Shown: positions 41,601 through 55,500, numbered from the stretch's first letter. The stretch is 64,000 nucleotides of DNA from Camelus ferus (GCF_009834535.1 NC_045697.1:112966001-113030000); one strand, 5' to 3'. Numbers and translations: made by a program. Notes: a model not told the origin generated them from the letters alone.

Positions 41601-42650
41601 CTGGAATTGAAACAAAGGAATGAAATTGAAGAATAAACGTACAGCTCTGCTAAAATCTTGGCTTTTTATAATCATGAATCTGTGGTATTATCAATACCAC
41701 AAAACAGACAATTATGCTGTTAAATTTTTTTTAAAGAACTGTCACTTTTATTGTATAAAATCAAAGATTAAATTGAAATTGTAAAGAAAATGAAATCCAG
41801 TTACTGTTTTTTTTTTTTTTTTAAGTGAAGCCAAAAAGGCAAATAAGTTCAAATATAAACACAAACAAGACAAAAATGATTCCCAGCCCTGGGATATATA
41901 GCGGTGGAGAAACTGAAGGAAGATAGGATGTATATACCCGTCTTCCTTCTCTCTCTCTGTATCTATGTATGAAGGAGTCTTCCCAAGTGCCCAGGGATTC
42001 AGTCTCACTCTGAGCTGCTGTTAGATGTGATTACAGAGATGGCCTCATAGTTACATTTATCTTGTTTTGCAGAAGGTCCTAAAATACTTATTTTTGGGCT
42101 GGAAAATTAACACATTAGAGCAACGACATCACTTAGATATTATGATTGTCATGGAGGGGAGGGGGGAAGACTGGTCCCTCTGCTGGACAGCTCAGCTCTC
42201 CCGGCCGAGTCAATGAATATTTTGGAACAAAGCAGAGCTCTTAAAACTTCTAATTACCATTATTGTAGTTGTTACCTGGTGATTGCTTACGACTTACACT
42301 TTAATTAAGAAAGATGAGAAACTTTTTTCTTTCCCGACGTCAGCCCAAAGGTGCTATTTTACATATCGACAGCTGACAGGGAGCACTGTTATCTTGGGCT
42401 GCAGTGTTTCCTCCACATCTGAAGAAAGCCCATTTGAAACTGCATTAAAACAAACAAGGAAAGACAATTCTACCTGTGTGCAATTTCGGGGACTGAGCAT
42501 TTGTACTCCTTTTGGTCTTACCTAAGTCTCTTGCATTAACAGTTTACTGTTTTTGTGCATAATGTGTACTAAGAAAAATTAAGGAAAAGAATTACCTGTG
42601 AACGACTTTGTACATTAAACAAGTGACCCAAAACTTTGTTGTGGTTTCTA
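38675..42650 (+). other. MARCHF1: Probable long MARCHF1 3' UTR with several candidate poly(A) signals
   Basis: AT-rich, repeat-poor sequence after the stop. AATAAA at 39925, 40497, 41188, 41212, 41595 and 41632; ATTAAA at 42614-42619 followed by a GT-rich tract (ttgttgtggtttc). The 3' end is inferred. Confidence 0.55.
39379..39660. mobile_element. MER33-like hAT-Charlie element inside the MARCHF1 3' UTR
   Basis: cagtgctatcagacagaaatattatg...ttttctagtagcc...aacaggtggaattaattttgatactatattttatttaac...tggatggtgcag. Confidence 0.75.
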
Positions 42651-43964
42651 TGCTTTCTGCCTAACTTACCTGGATTTCTGCATTTGTTATCTGTAACAGC
42701 CTTGAGTTCTTAAGGTTTTACAATGATCGGAATTTTTAAACAGGGTCTGAACATATTTATAATTCTTTTAAGGCCAACATTTTAGAAAGGAATAAATTAA
42801 CCCACGACATTTTAGAAAGGAATAAATAGGTGTATTAACAAGGGAAAACCAATGCAAAGAATCTATACAGACTTTCAAACCCTGTTTAAAAAAAAAAACT
42901 TTAAGAAAAATCAATGTAATCTAGAGAAGAAAATTTCTTATGAATAAGGCTTGGATATACAAAAAAACATAGCAGCATTTTTCTACCCACAGATAATAAC
43001 TACTAAGAAAAAGCCTTCGGAATCTATTTCTAATATAAAAGCTTCAGTGCTTAGTGGGGAAAACATCCTGCTCAAAGCCCCAGCTTCCAAGCCTGGATTC
43101 AGGGTCAGCAGGCGGCCCAGCCCAGACGCCTGCAGGCCTTTCTATCAACTGCTAACTGTGCCCAAACTGAATATGCGACTCTGCAGGCTTCTCGCACCTC
43201 CCAGGTGACAACAAACGCTCAGATCACAGATCACTCATTGTGAGTCCAGCTAACCATCTGAGACTGGGAGCTGTGACAGGGCTACCAGGACAGCAAGTCG
43301 GGGGACTCTACCTCAGGGAGAAGGCGATGCAGGCTGCAAAGTCCTGGACCAGGAATGTCCAGGACGCTTCAGCCAGTGAGGAAACAAGCCCTTGTTAGAG
43401 TAAGGCCATTCATTACTTACAGAGACAGCAAAAGAAAGACGAACACAGGTGCCCACTCCCCTTGAATCTTGTCCCAAGGAAACAGGCAAAAAGAAAAGGG
43501 GCCAGATGACACGACAACACAGCATAAGGAGCGGGGCCAGTCCCACGACACAGCTAAGCAAGTCACAGCCTGTAGGTGCGCTCCGGTGGCTCCGGGGGGG
43601 GGGGGGGGGAGTCTCCTATTCCATCAGAACCCGGGAGGCAACGCCAAACTGCCTCCCTTGTCCTCCCATGATAGGGAGGTAAATGCGAAGGCCCTGTGGC
43701 AGTTCCTCATCAGCGTCCTATATCCTCCTGTTCTAGGACAATCAGACGTATTCTAAGGTTCAGGTCAGCTGCGACCAAGCCTGGCCTCACTGGATACACA
43801 TAAGGTCCACCGTCGGACACAGCCTGGCCACTCCAGGAATGGACAGGCCAGCACGTGTGAAACAGAGCCAGAGGAAACCAGCTGAGGCTGGAGGGGCAGT
43901 CAGGAGTCCAGTCACTCCAGGCCTCTGCGGCCCTGGGACAGAAAACACATTTCACTCAGAATGC

Positions 43965-44143
43965 AGTGGTTGTGAATGAAGGTTCATCGACTGGAATAAA
44001 TGCCCCATTCTGGTGGGGGATGTCGGTAGGAGGGAAGGCCACGCGTGAGTGGGGTTGAGGGGCATACAGGAGATCTCTCTGCCTTCCTCTCAATATTGAT
44101 GTGAACATAAAAACTTCTTAGGAAAAAAAAAGTCTTAAAAAAA
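43965..44143 (+). mobile_element. L1MC-like 3' end fragment
   Basis: ggttcatcgactggaataaatgccccattctggtgggggatgtc...gtgaacataaaaact...A tail. Confidence 0.65.
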
Positions 44144-45575
44144 CAGTGATCAGAAACTAAATTATACCCCAACAAACAAACATTCCATAAAAAAAAAAAA
44201 TGGAATGGAATATTGCAACATTACTCAACACAGAAGCAGCTTATTTTACTGTATGTTTTCAAAAATTCATGAGCAACTCTGAAGGATGGATTGAAAGGAC
44301 CAAGAATGGTGGCATGAGGTCGGTGAAGGAGCTACTACGTGCAGTACAAGCAGGACGCGGTGGCTCAGGGGAGAGTGAGCAGTGCAGATGGCGCGGCACG
44401 GGCTGATCCCACTTTCTTTTTGGGAACTGAACCAGAAAACCTACCTGAATGAGACGGGGGGAGGGCAGGGGCAGGAGCACGGGAAGTCTAGGACGACACA
44501 CAGCCAGTGTTCTAGCCTGAGAAATTACATGAAGAACCCGGAAGAATCAAGGTTCCCGAGAAGGTAACGGGGAACGGGACCTGGAACACAGGTCTCTGCC
44601 TCTGAAAGGAGAAACGGCACTGCATGCACTGTAGTGGAAGGAAGAAAAATGGTGGTTCCTGTTTTCTCAAAGATGTGTAAGAGGTCACCAGCTGAACGCC
44701 GAGGAGGCAAGTACAGAGTATGAGACAGTTGTAAAATAACTGTCTCAAAGTAGGAAAACAATTTTTTTAGGGAAATGGTGAACTTGCTAAGCAGCGCTGA
44801 GAATCCACCTGAGCCTTGCAAACACAAATGAGAAAACCAGACTGTTGCTACCCTCCAGGAATGTTGAGCTCCTTGCAGACAGCAGGTATGAAGGAGACGG
44901 ATAACTGAGCATCGCCTGGTTTAGATGCGCAAGAGGCCAGAGGGATGGAGAGCATGTGCAAGGAAGCAACCATGAACTCAGAATCCAAGCTGAACAAGAA
45001 CCACTGGAAGACGGGACAGGTGATGCGTAAGGAGAGAAAAGAGGTCGGAGTGTGGAAGGTCAGCAGTGGGAGGGACAGGAGACGGGAATGCTCCACGCCC
45101 AGTTCACAGGAGGTCCTGGTGTGATCACTGAGAGGCCCGATGGGATGGACAGACTGTGAACTTCAAGATCACAGGGTCAGATCTATCATCCACAAGACTA
45201 CCGGGATCATTAAGACAACGGAAATAAAGGATAAAACTGAGCCAAGAGCTAGTCTTTAATGAAAGGACAGAGGCAGCTTCTGGGAAGTAAGATAATAAGG
45301 AAATGGGGATAATGATGTAACTTCAAAAAACTAAGGGAGAAGTTGTCTGGAAGTGGGGACCCCTATCCAATCTCCTGCCCCTGAGGCACAAGGGACATAA
45401 AAGGAGAAAAAGCTTCTATCTGAGGTGAACAGAGTCCTAAAGAGAGATCTATGTCAGCAAGGCACAAAGTTATCAGGTATTAGGAACAGTAGCGACAGAT
45501 GTCAGAGCTAGCAGCTCTCAGCTTAGAAGTGTGTCATTAGTCTGTGTCCATGGGGTTGAGCTCACTGAGTTAGAC

Positions 45576-45663
45576 CAGGGGTTGGCAAACTCTGGCACGC
45601 AGGCCTAATCCAGCCTGCAGCCCACTGGGGTTTGTCCATGAGGGTTTTATATGTTAAAGGGTG

Positions 45664-45709
<46 letters not shown>

Positions 45710-45780
45710 ACAGAAACCGCACTTGGCCTGCAATGTCTAAAATGTTTACCATTTGCCACTTCGCTATTTGCCAGCCACTA
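45576..45780. mobile_element. MER58-like hAT-Charlie element with internal (CA)n
   Basis: caggggttggcaaact...tttgccagccacta termini; gcaacagaaaccgcacttggcctgcaatgtctaaaatgtttac. Confidence 0.75.
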
Positions 45781-45790
45781 GTTTACACAG

Positions 45791-48760
45791 AAGACCAGTG
45801 GCTGGCAGACTGGATAATGAAACAAAAGCCTACAATATCCTGCCTATAAGAAACCCACATTAGGGTGAAGGACACACACAGACTGAAAGTGAGAGGATGG
45901 AAAAAGATGCTTCCTGCAAACAGAAATGACAAGAAAGCTGGAGTAGCAGTACTGATTTCATACAAAATAAGACTTTAAAACAAAGGCCATAAAGAAGGAT
46001 AAAGGACACTATATAATGACCACAGGAACAATACAAGGTGAAGATACTATACTTGTTAATAAATATGCACCCAATATAGGAGCACCTAAATACATAAAGC
46101 AAATACTAACAGACATACAGGGAGAAACTGATGGGAACACAATCACAGGAGACTTTAACACCCTACTAACAGCATTGGACAGGTCTCCCAGACAGAAAAT
46201 CAGTAAGGAAATGGAGATACTGACACAATACAACAGCTGGACTTGGTTGATATTTTTAAGACATTATAATCCCCAAGAAACAGAAGATACATTCTTTTCA
46301 AGTGCTCATGGAACATTCTCTAAGATATACCACATACTTAGAAACAAAAGAAGCCTCAACAAATTTAAGAGGATAGAAATTATTTCAAGCATCTTTTCTG
46401 ACCACAATAGCATGAAGCCAGAAATCAACCACAGTAAAACAAATGAGAAAAAAATGACTCCACAGAGACTAAACTACATGCTACTAAAAACCCAATGGGT
46501 CAACAATGAAATCAAAGAAGAAATTAAAAAACGCTTTGAGACAAATGATCATGAAAACACAACCACATAAAATCTATGGGATGCAGCGAAAGCAGTCCTA
46601 AGAGGAAAGTTCCTAGGCCCTCCTCAAAAAACAAGAACAATCTATCTCAAATAGACAACCTGACTTACCACCTCTAAGAATTAGAAAAAGAAGAGCAAAC
46701 AAAACTTAAAAGTCAGCAGAAGGAAAGAAATAATAAAGATCAGGGAGGAAATAAATAAAATAGAAATTAAACAAAATTGACAAACCTCTGGCCAGGCTCC
46801 CCAAGAAGAAAAGACAGAGGAAACAAATACAATAAGAAAGGAAAATGTAGAAGTTACAACCAACCACAGAAATACCAAAAAAAAAAAAAAAAAAAAAAAA
46901 TCAGACAATGAAACAAAGAAACAATCCTTTTTAAAACTGCATCCAAAACAATAAATATTTAGGAATAAATCTGACCAAGAAGACAAAAGACTTACATGTG
47001 GAGAACTACAAAAACATTGATTCAGGAAATTAAAGAGGACATGAAAAGATATCCCATGCTCTTGGATTAGAAGAATTAATATTGTTATGGTCATACTACC
47101 AAAAGCAATATACAGATTTAAGGCAATCCCTATCAAATTACCGAGGACATTTTTCACAGAACTAGAAAAAATAACCCTAAAATTTATATGCAACCACAAA
47201 AGACCCAGAATTGCCAAAGCAATACTGAAGAAAAAGAACAAAGCTGGAGGAATAACCCTCCCAGGCTTCAGACAATACTACAGAGCTACAGTAATCAAAA
47301 CAGCATGGTATTGGCATAAAAACAGACATATGGATTAATGAAACAGAACAGACAGCCCAGAAATAAACTGACAGACGTACGGTCAATTAACCTTCGACAA
47401 AGGAGGCAAGAACATACAATGGAAAAGACAGTCTCTTCAGCAAGTGGTGCTGGGATGACTGGATAGAAACACGTAAATTTAAAAGTTAACACACTCCTTC
47501 ACACCATACACAAAAATAAACTCAAAATGGCTTAAAGACTTAAATATAAGACAAAACACTATAAACCTCCTAGAAGAAAACATAGAGAAAACATTTTCTG
47601 ACATAAATCTTAGCAATGTTCCCCTAGGGCCGTCTACCCAGCAATAGAAATAAAAGCAAAAATAAACAAATGGGACCTAATTAAACTTACAAGCTTTTGC
47701 ACAGCAAAGGAAACCATAAGCAAAACAAAACAACAACCTATGGAATGGGAGAAAATATTTGCAAATGATGAGACTGACAATGGCTTAATTTCCACAATAT
47801 TTAAACAGCTCATACAACTTAGTAACAAAAACAAACAAACAAACAAACAACCCAATCCAAAAATGAGCAGAAGACCTAAACTAGTCATTCTCCAGTGAAG
47901 AAATATAAAAAGCCAATAGGCACATGAAAAAATGCTCAATATCACTCATTATCAGAGAAATGCAAATCAAAACTACAATGAGGTATCACCTCACACCAGT
48001 CAGAATGGCCATCATTAAAAAGTCCACGAAGGATAAATGTTGGAGAGGGTGTGGAGAAAAGGGAACCCTCCTACACTACTGGTGGGAATGTAGTTTGGTA
48101 CAGCCATTATGGAAAACAGCATGGAGATTCCTCAAAAAAAAAAAAAAAAAAATAGACTTACCTATATGATCCAGCAATCCCACTCCTGGGCATACATCCA
48201 GAGGGAACTCTAATTTGAAAAGATACATGTACCCCAATGTTCATAGCAGCACAATACATAATACCCAAGATGTGGAGGCAACCTAAATGTCCATCGACAC
48301 ATGACTGGATAAAGAAGTTGTGGTATACTTATACAATGGAATACTACTCTGTCATAAAAAAAGAATAAAATAATGCCTTTTGCAGCAACATGGATGGACC
48401 TGGAGAGTGAAGCAAGCCAGAAAGAGAAAGAAAAATACCATATGATATCACTTATATGTGTAATATTAAAAAAAAAAAACACACACACACAAATGATCTT
48501 ACTTACAAAACAGAAACACACTCACATAGAAAACAAACTTATGGTTACCGAAGGGGAGGAGGGTGGGAAGGAATAAATCAAGAGTTTGAGATTTGCAAAT
48601 ATTAACTACTATATATAAAAATAGATAAGAAACCAAATTTCTTCTGTATATCACAGGGAACTATATTCAGTATCTTGCAGTAACCTATAATGGAAAAGAC
48701 TATGAACCAGAAACCGATACAACATTGTAAACTGAGTATAATTCAATTAAAAAAAAAAAA
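45791..48760 (+). mobile_element. 5'-truncated L1 with ORF2 endonuclease region, internal RT deletion, ORF2 C-terminus, 3' UTR and A tail; non-functional
   Basis: ORF track shows NKYAPNIGAP, GDFNT and FSDHN (endonuclease), [17 protein letters not shown] and [13 protein letters not shown]...[13 protein letters not shown]; frameshifts throughout. Confidence 0.95.
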
Positions 48761-48924
48761 TATATATATATATATATCTATATGTATCTGTTCTAGTTCC
48801 TAGCTGTCTAGCTTATTATGTTTTTGCTTTGACGGCACAGGAAAACTAGGAACAAATATTTGAAGGGGAGAATGATTTGCCATTTTCACAAGTCATTCAT
48901 TTCACAGTAATGCTTTTTAAATAT

Positions 48925-50152
48925 CAGACCAGATAAAAACATTTTTATTCTTTACTGTAACTTACCACTCAGTGTTTATAGCCATTTTGAAACTAAAACT
49001 GAACCCCTTTCCCCTCAACAAGAAAAATTTCCAATGACTAAAGAGACAGGAACTTATGATGTAATCACAAAACCATACTTTTGCACAGATTAGTAAAGCC
49101 AAAGCAAGTCAGCATCAGTTAAATCACTGAAAATTAAATTAGAACCTTAAGAAGTGAAATTATAGAAATAAGTTTTTTAATTTTCTGAAGTAAAAAAGCT
49201 GTTAACAAGACTTAGTTGATATTGAGTTACTTCATACAGAATTTTGTTTCTTGAAAATACTCAAACACGCTTGCACTCCATTGTTTAGAAACAGACTAGA
49301 AGATGCCTGCGTTTAACAAGTTCAGTGAAGCACATTCTACCACCTCCATGTTTTTCATGTTACTGGAAACATCGAGTTGTTTTATATGTCCATTTAACCT
49401 ATCACTTAGAGGAAAATAATACAACTGCAACAACTGGTTCTCTCATCTCTAGTTCTGTTTCCACAAATACATATCTATCACTTTTCACATTGAGAAAGCA
49501 AAAAAAATAATACACAAACCAAACAGCTAACCTGAAATCATTTATACCCTTTACCAAGATAAACGATTAAGTGTAGGAGAGCAACATAACAAGAATAGTG
49601 ATTTTTTTAAACTATTTAACTAACTCTGGCTCAAAGATAATAAATAATAGCAATGCAGAATCCATGAGTGTATCTAATTTCCATTTCACGTTTTCCCTAT
49701 TCTATAAGGAAAGAAAATAGGTTTAATGCGTAAGAGGAAGAACAGTGAAACATTATTACTAAAAAGGAATTTTGCTGTCATCACTGCTCAAGAAGTATCC
49801 ATTGTAACCTTTCAGCAAATAGTTGCTGTCCATGCTCCAAAATGTGAGATTAGATGATTCTAAGTAAACACAGGGGAAAAACTACATTCTCCCTCATTCA
49901 TATTGCTCTCCCAGCCCCAGAAATTCAGATTACATGCACTGTGCAGACCACTTCTATCTATTCTAACAACTTAATGTAAATGAAAACCAACATTCACTTT
50001 TAAGTGACAATCATAACACCGTTTTTGAAACTAAAAACAGGATTCTCTTTATATAAGAGAATCAGCTAAATAGCAAATTCTTGTATCTGGACTATTTACC
50101 ATCATCAAGTATAACTTGAAGCTCTCAAATTATTTTGAGCAAAGAAAGGCAG
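48925..50152 (-). other. TMA16: Probable TMA16 3' UTR (~1.2 kb) ending after AATAAA
   Basis: tttatt at 48944-48949 is AATAAA on the minus strand; cleavage position inferred. Confidence 0.55.
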
Positions 50153-50333
50153 TTAGTCCACTGCAGTCATTTCCTCATCCGTGTCACTTGATTCATCTTT
50201 TAGTTCCAATTCCCCTAAATCTCCGTCTACAGCTGTGACGGTTTTCTTCTTGCACTTCTTCGGCACTGCATCATTAGCACAAATTTTTCTCATTTTAATG
50301 TTTGGCAGTTTCTTCAGATCCAAATCCCACTCC
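50153..50333 (-). CDS. TMA16: TMA16 last coding exon: [59 protein letters not shown]
   Basis: Acceptor ttctctcttctgtctag|G; TAA at 50153-50155; acidic C-terminus as in recalled TMA16 (translation machinery associated 16, 60S biogenesis). Confidence 0.95.
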
Positions 50334-51825
50334 CTAGACAGAAGAGAGAATGCAGACAGTTGGTGTGGGGTGAGCTGGAGAAGCAGTAAAGTCAATATGC
50401 AAAACTCTGAAAGTAGCAGAAAGCTTACAATTTACAGCAGTTTCAAATGCCCTAGGAAGAAACAATACAAATGCACTAGGGAAAAAAAAAAAAACCAGTG
50501 TCCCAAGAACTGAGGTTTGCTTTTTCCATACTTACTGCAATTCTTATTAACCAACAATAGCAATTAACTGTACAGAGAATTCCACATATTCAAAATTTCC
50601 AAAGCAACACAGGAAAACATTAGGCAGAAGTTTCACTTTTTATCCTCCCTAACCTGAACACTTCTCTCCATCAGGACACATGGTACCAGGAAATCTCAGA
50701 AGTAGGAACTATATCATCCTGGAAAATCTCCAAAATGCATAGTCAGAAAGGTTTTTCTTCTCACACACAGTGGTAAGTCACAAGTTTCAGTAATAAAACA
50801 ATTTTTATGGTTCTAATAGAAAACTTTCCATTTTTCAACTTCACCGTTTCTGTGACAATCCTATGTTTAATTACTTCAGGAGCAATGTGAAGACTGTTCT
50901 GAGAACTGAACTCTAACCAGTGATACCAACAGTTTATGCTAATTTCTTCTCCTTTCTGGCTTTCTTTGGGGGAGGCAGAACACACACAGTTTTAGGAACA
51001 AAGAGAACATCTATACGTCTGATTAATTAACGTTGCAGGCAAAAAAAAAAAATTAAGGTATAAAGAGAATCTCAAGCTCCATGCACTTACATTGTAAATG
51101 TATAGCTAAGCTAAAAAGTGAACTATTTCTTAAATATGATCAATAAATCCTATTAGAGCTAATATTTTATGAAACCTAAATATTTTCTATGAATTCAGAA
51201 GTATAAAAATACACTGAGCTTAAGGATTTCAAATAATATGGACTTAAATTTATCTAATTTCAATTAAATTTGCAGACCAATCAACATGGTCTAGCTAAGA
51301 CCAAAATGATTAATAAAAATTATTTTCTGAAAACAAAGTACCCATGTTTGAAAACTTAAAAAATTGAAATCCTACTCACTGCCCTCTCTGGTCACAAAGG
51401 CACTATTAGAGACCACCAGGCCAACTGGTTCTTTAGGATTTAACCACCTCCCTGGCACCCCTTCCCACTGACCATCTTCTCCAGAAAAGGGTGCTGCAGC
51501 CTGGGGATAGGACTCTGAGCCATCAAATCTGCTGCTAATAGTTTGTTTTAAAAGAAAAGTGAGAACAAGTTCTTTTAAGTATTGTATTAAAGAATTTTAA
51601 AATATTCTGAGTAATAAAACCAGCAGGTCACTGTCATTTCAGTGTATATCAGGCGTTTCCAACAAACACAACTTAAGAAAATTCTTCCTTTGATGAAAAA
51701 GAAAAGGTTAAAAAGAATCCCCTGATTTTCTTTTGCCTCTAATGTCTAGATTCAAAAGGGAAGAAAGGTTATGTCTCATGTATCTTACGTGCAGCTTCCA
51801 AGAACAATAAAGGCAACAGACTCAC

Positions 51826-51868
51826 CTAAAAGTTTTCAGGTTACTTGCATTTAAAATGTCTGGAATCT
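51826..51868 (-). CDS. TMA16: TMA16 internal exon (43 nt): (E)IPDILNASNLKTF(R)
   Basis: Minus strand tttctttcccag|AGATTCCA...TTTTAG|gtgagt; peptide matches recalled TMA16. Confidence 0.94.
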
Positions 51869-52999
51869 CTGGGAAAGAAAATCATGTATATCTGTTAGGC
51901 AATGTTTTCTACGACAACATTTTATAGTCTCCTCATTTATTATCTCAGAAACAACAAACAGTCACTGACAAACAGTAAGAGCATCTGAGGCAAAACAGAA
52001 TCTCCAAGCACGACTATAACGCTGTGTGAGAAGTTTTACAGGTATAAGTGACTCAGTTTAAGAAGGCGCATCAAAAAGAATACTATTAAATAATGCATTC
52101 CAGCACAGAATCAATAAAATAAAACAAACCTATCAACAAAATAAACCCTGTCCTAATTTTAAACCACAAAGGTACCTGGCAGATTCTAACTATCAATTCC
52201 CTAAAACAATATGCTAGGTGGTTTTATATATTTCCTTGGTGAAAAGTACAATTTTTTTTTGAACATATACTTCACTTTGGCAAGGTAGAGGATGTAAGGA
52301 TTATTTAATGTAAAAAATATTTAAAAAGGAAAAAAGAAATTTAAATAAACTGTAATCAATAGATGCTCAATAAAGTTCAATAAAAGTGAAACCCATGTTT
52401 AATAAAAACAACGTGTGTGACAGTTCCTTACCATGATCAGAAAGTTAATAATAAAGCAGTACGTGGGTCACCCTTGTTGATGGAACATGAGACATGTGTA
52501 ACAGAAAATGGAAACTGCTGCAAAAATTCGGGTCAGTGCAATAAAATATTAAATAAAACCTAGTATCAATTAATGAAAAAGATAAAATTAAAAAGTCTGA
52601 CACAACTGTAATGCCTGACTTTTGCAACAACTTCAGAAAATAAAGAGTATGGGGGCCAGGTGTTTAAAAGGTGTAAACAAAGCACAAATTTAAAAAAAAA
52701 AAAAAAATCCTAATAAAATGAGTCAAAAATAGTTACACCACCAAGAGGCAGGAGAGGGAGATGTTAGTGGCTAGTCTTCTCTGAACCTTATCAACAGGAA
52801 GGTGGGGACAATCTGTCCACGTTTGCAGACACCCATGAACTTGGCATTCACAAAGCTCTGTTCCTTCCCCATACACGTTCCTGGACTCTGGAGCAGCACT
52901 GTGGCCTAAGTGGATGGACACCAGGTCTGAGTCTCAGGACTGGCTCACTCCCCACTGAGCAGTGTCTGACCTTGGATGTGCTTTGTCATCTACTGTTAA

Positions 53000-53780
53000 T
53001 TAAACTGGAGGCTGCCTGGTGAACGGACTGAGCACAGCGACCAGCTGGGAGGCTGTTAGGAAGGCAGGGCTGAGATGACAGTGGCCTGAGCTTGGCGGGG
53101 TGGGGGCAGTGAAGAAAGCCATCAGACTCCAAGCACGTTTCCCTGACAGCTGGGTGTGGAACATGAGACGATCCCCAGGGTTTCTGACAGGAGCAACTGG
53201 GTGTGTGGTGACGTCACTGCCTGAAATGCAGATCTTGTAGGAGGACCTGGTTTTAGGAGAAAAGCTGGATTTTGCTTTGGGACATGTCAAGTCTGAGATA
53301 AGACATTCAAGCAGAGATCTGGAGAAACCCAAGTTTGATAATGCAAGTCTGGAGTTCTAGGGACAAGTTAGGATGGTCAATATAAATCTGGAAGTTATGA
53401 GCATTTAGATGGTATACAAAGCCACAGGATTGAATGAGGTCAGCTCAGAAATTGGTGTAAACAGAAAAAAGGAGAGGCCCAAGGACAGGGACGTGGGTCA
53501 ATGTTTAGTTTGCGAGGAAATGAGGATTCCACTGGGGAACCTGAAGCCACGGCCAGTGAACCAGGAGGAAAACCAGGACAGGTCAGGGTCTTGCACCCCG
53601 AATAAAGTGTGTGACGAGAGAATGAAGTGCTCATGTGTATCAAATGCTACAGGAAAGCGGACTGAGTGAGAGTCGGCGCCCAGCACGGCCACTGCTTGTC
53701 TCAGCATCTAACAGGTCGCCGGTGACAGAGGGCTTCAGTTGAGCCGTGGCTATGAAAGCCTAATTCAAGGGGTTCCAAAG
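53000..53780. mobile_element. L2 remnant in TMA16 intron
   Basis: tttgggacatgtcaagtctgagata...atggtatacaaagccacaggattgaatgaggtc...tgtatcaaatgcta. Confidence 0.6.
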
Positions 53781-54044
53781 AAAACGGACAATGAGGAACG
53801 GAGAGTACACGCAGAGACAAAGTCCACACTCTTGGAAGGGAAGGACGTAGGCGAAGAGGACACGGGGCTGGCGGGAGCTCCCCCCAACCTCCTGTATCGG
53901 GTTCTGTGTCAGGCCCTTGGTAAACAAAGTCTCATTTGACTTTGAAACAACCTGGGGAGGAAGTGCACTATTTCTATTATCTGCAGGGTAACGGCCCTGT
54001 TACACAGTTAAGCCGTCGCAGTTTCAGTGCAGATGTACCTATTC

Positions 54045-54535
54045 TGTTGTTTTTCCAGTTAAGAAACTCACTTCCTAGGAAAGACGAAGCAGAACCGCCA
54101 CCTCCTCGGGGGCTTCCAGTGCTACTGTGGTGGGAGGACGGCCCGGGGAGCCGCTCTAAGACAGCCAGCTCCCGACACAGCCACCAGCTAAACCACCAGA
54201 CAAGAACCCAGGCTGCCCCACCCAGGAAGTGCCCCTGAGAGAAAGCCGCGGCTCACCCAGACCAACCGAGTGACCTGTTCTCCCATCTGACGCCTTTATC
54301 AAGAATGAACCTGTGAGGCCCTAGGCACCTCACCTGTCACCCTAAAAAAGGCTGGACCCCAGGTGCCCGTTCCCTCCCTCTCCACCAGAGACCCCGCTGC
54401 ATGGCGCTCGGGCGTGCCCTGAGCCCTCCAGGACCTGTACGTATGAAATCTTGTTTTTTCCAAGGTTCCCTGATGGCTGCTGCTGAGGTACACCCCGCGA
54501 TCCTAAGAACCAGCAGGGTGGGCCCAGCCACAACC
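54045..54535 (+). mobile_element. Probable ERV solo LTR, antisense to TMA16
   Basis: tgttgt...acaac(c) ends, TATA-like cctaaaaaag, decayed poly(A) signal region atgaaatcttgtttttt; no TSD found. Confidence 0.45.
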
Positions 54536-55500
54536 CCGGCTGCCCCGGCCTGTCCAGCCTGCAGCACCGCTGTCCAGCAGCTGGGCCGACACGACAGTCA
54601 TCCCCAGGATACTTCCTGTAGGGCCCTACGCTTTACTGCTGTTACTATTAAAATTTAAAAACCTAGTTTTGCTACTAAACATCTCACTGACTATACTCCC
54701 CAAGCAAATCCACTTAAGAGGAATGCCTACGGGGACCAGGCAGGGGATGAGAATGAAGGAAGGTTTGAGACCACGGCAAACGTGAGGCCACAGGCTCAAG
54801 TCTAAAAAGGGGGCTGCAACTCTGCTCCAGCAGAGATGCTATCAGACCATCCGATGTTTTCAGAGAAGCCAAAAATCAAACTTTTCACGTGAAAGCAGCA
54901 GGTTTTTTTATACGGACAACCAATAAGCCCATCAAACACCACTTGAAGGCCATGTGCAGCTTCTGGGTCGTCACCTGTGTGTGGCTTTGCAAGCCCTTGT
55001 CTACAAGCGCCCCCTCCTCTCCTACTAGGCGCTTTTCTTCAGACAGTGTCGCTAAGCTATTAGCATACTTGTCTTTAGGAACTGTAAGAAATGCTACAAT
55101 GCTAAGAAAGAAAATTTGGTTTCTACAGTGTCTCAAGAATGGCACCAACAAGTACAGCTCATCACCACAGGAATGACAAGGACGACAGGACACAGCACCT
55201 ACTCCAAAGAAACTTCAACGTGGCCGGAGACGGGCACGTAGTAACTCTACAACAAAGCAAATTAGGTATGCGCCCGGAAAGAGGGGGACCTGCACTGCCA
55301 CAGCAGAGACGATGCCACTGTCAGAATCGACAGGTTTGGGAATGTGCAGGGGAAAAAGTGAATTCAAAAATTATTCCAAATACTCAAAATGAAAGGAAAT
55401 CAAAGCAAGAAAGCCAAACCCAACTAAAGAGTCAGTAAAGCTAAATTTTGAAATGGATTCCAAATGTGACGCGGAAGAAGAGCAGGCCCCGCGAACACAC

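Noticed and set aside
46016..48169. L1 ORF2 fragments as a functional or domesticated gene
   Set aside because: Multiple frameshifts and stops, no promoter or ORF1, and the RT core is missing.
50334..50395. Alternative upstream acceptor (ttctccag) for the TMA16 last exon
   Set aside because: The AG lies just upstream of the likely branch point (ctcac) and its use adds 41 nt, shifting the frame; no support.
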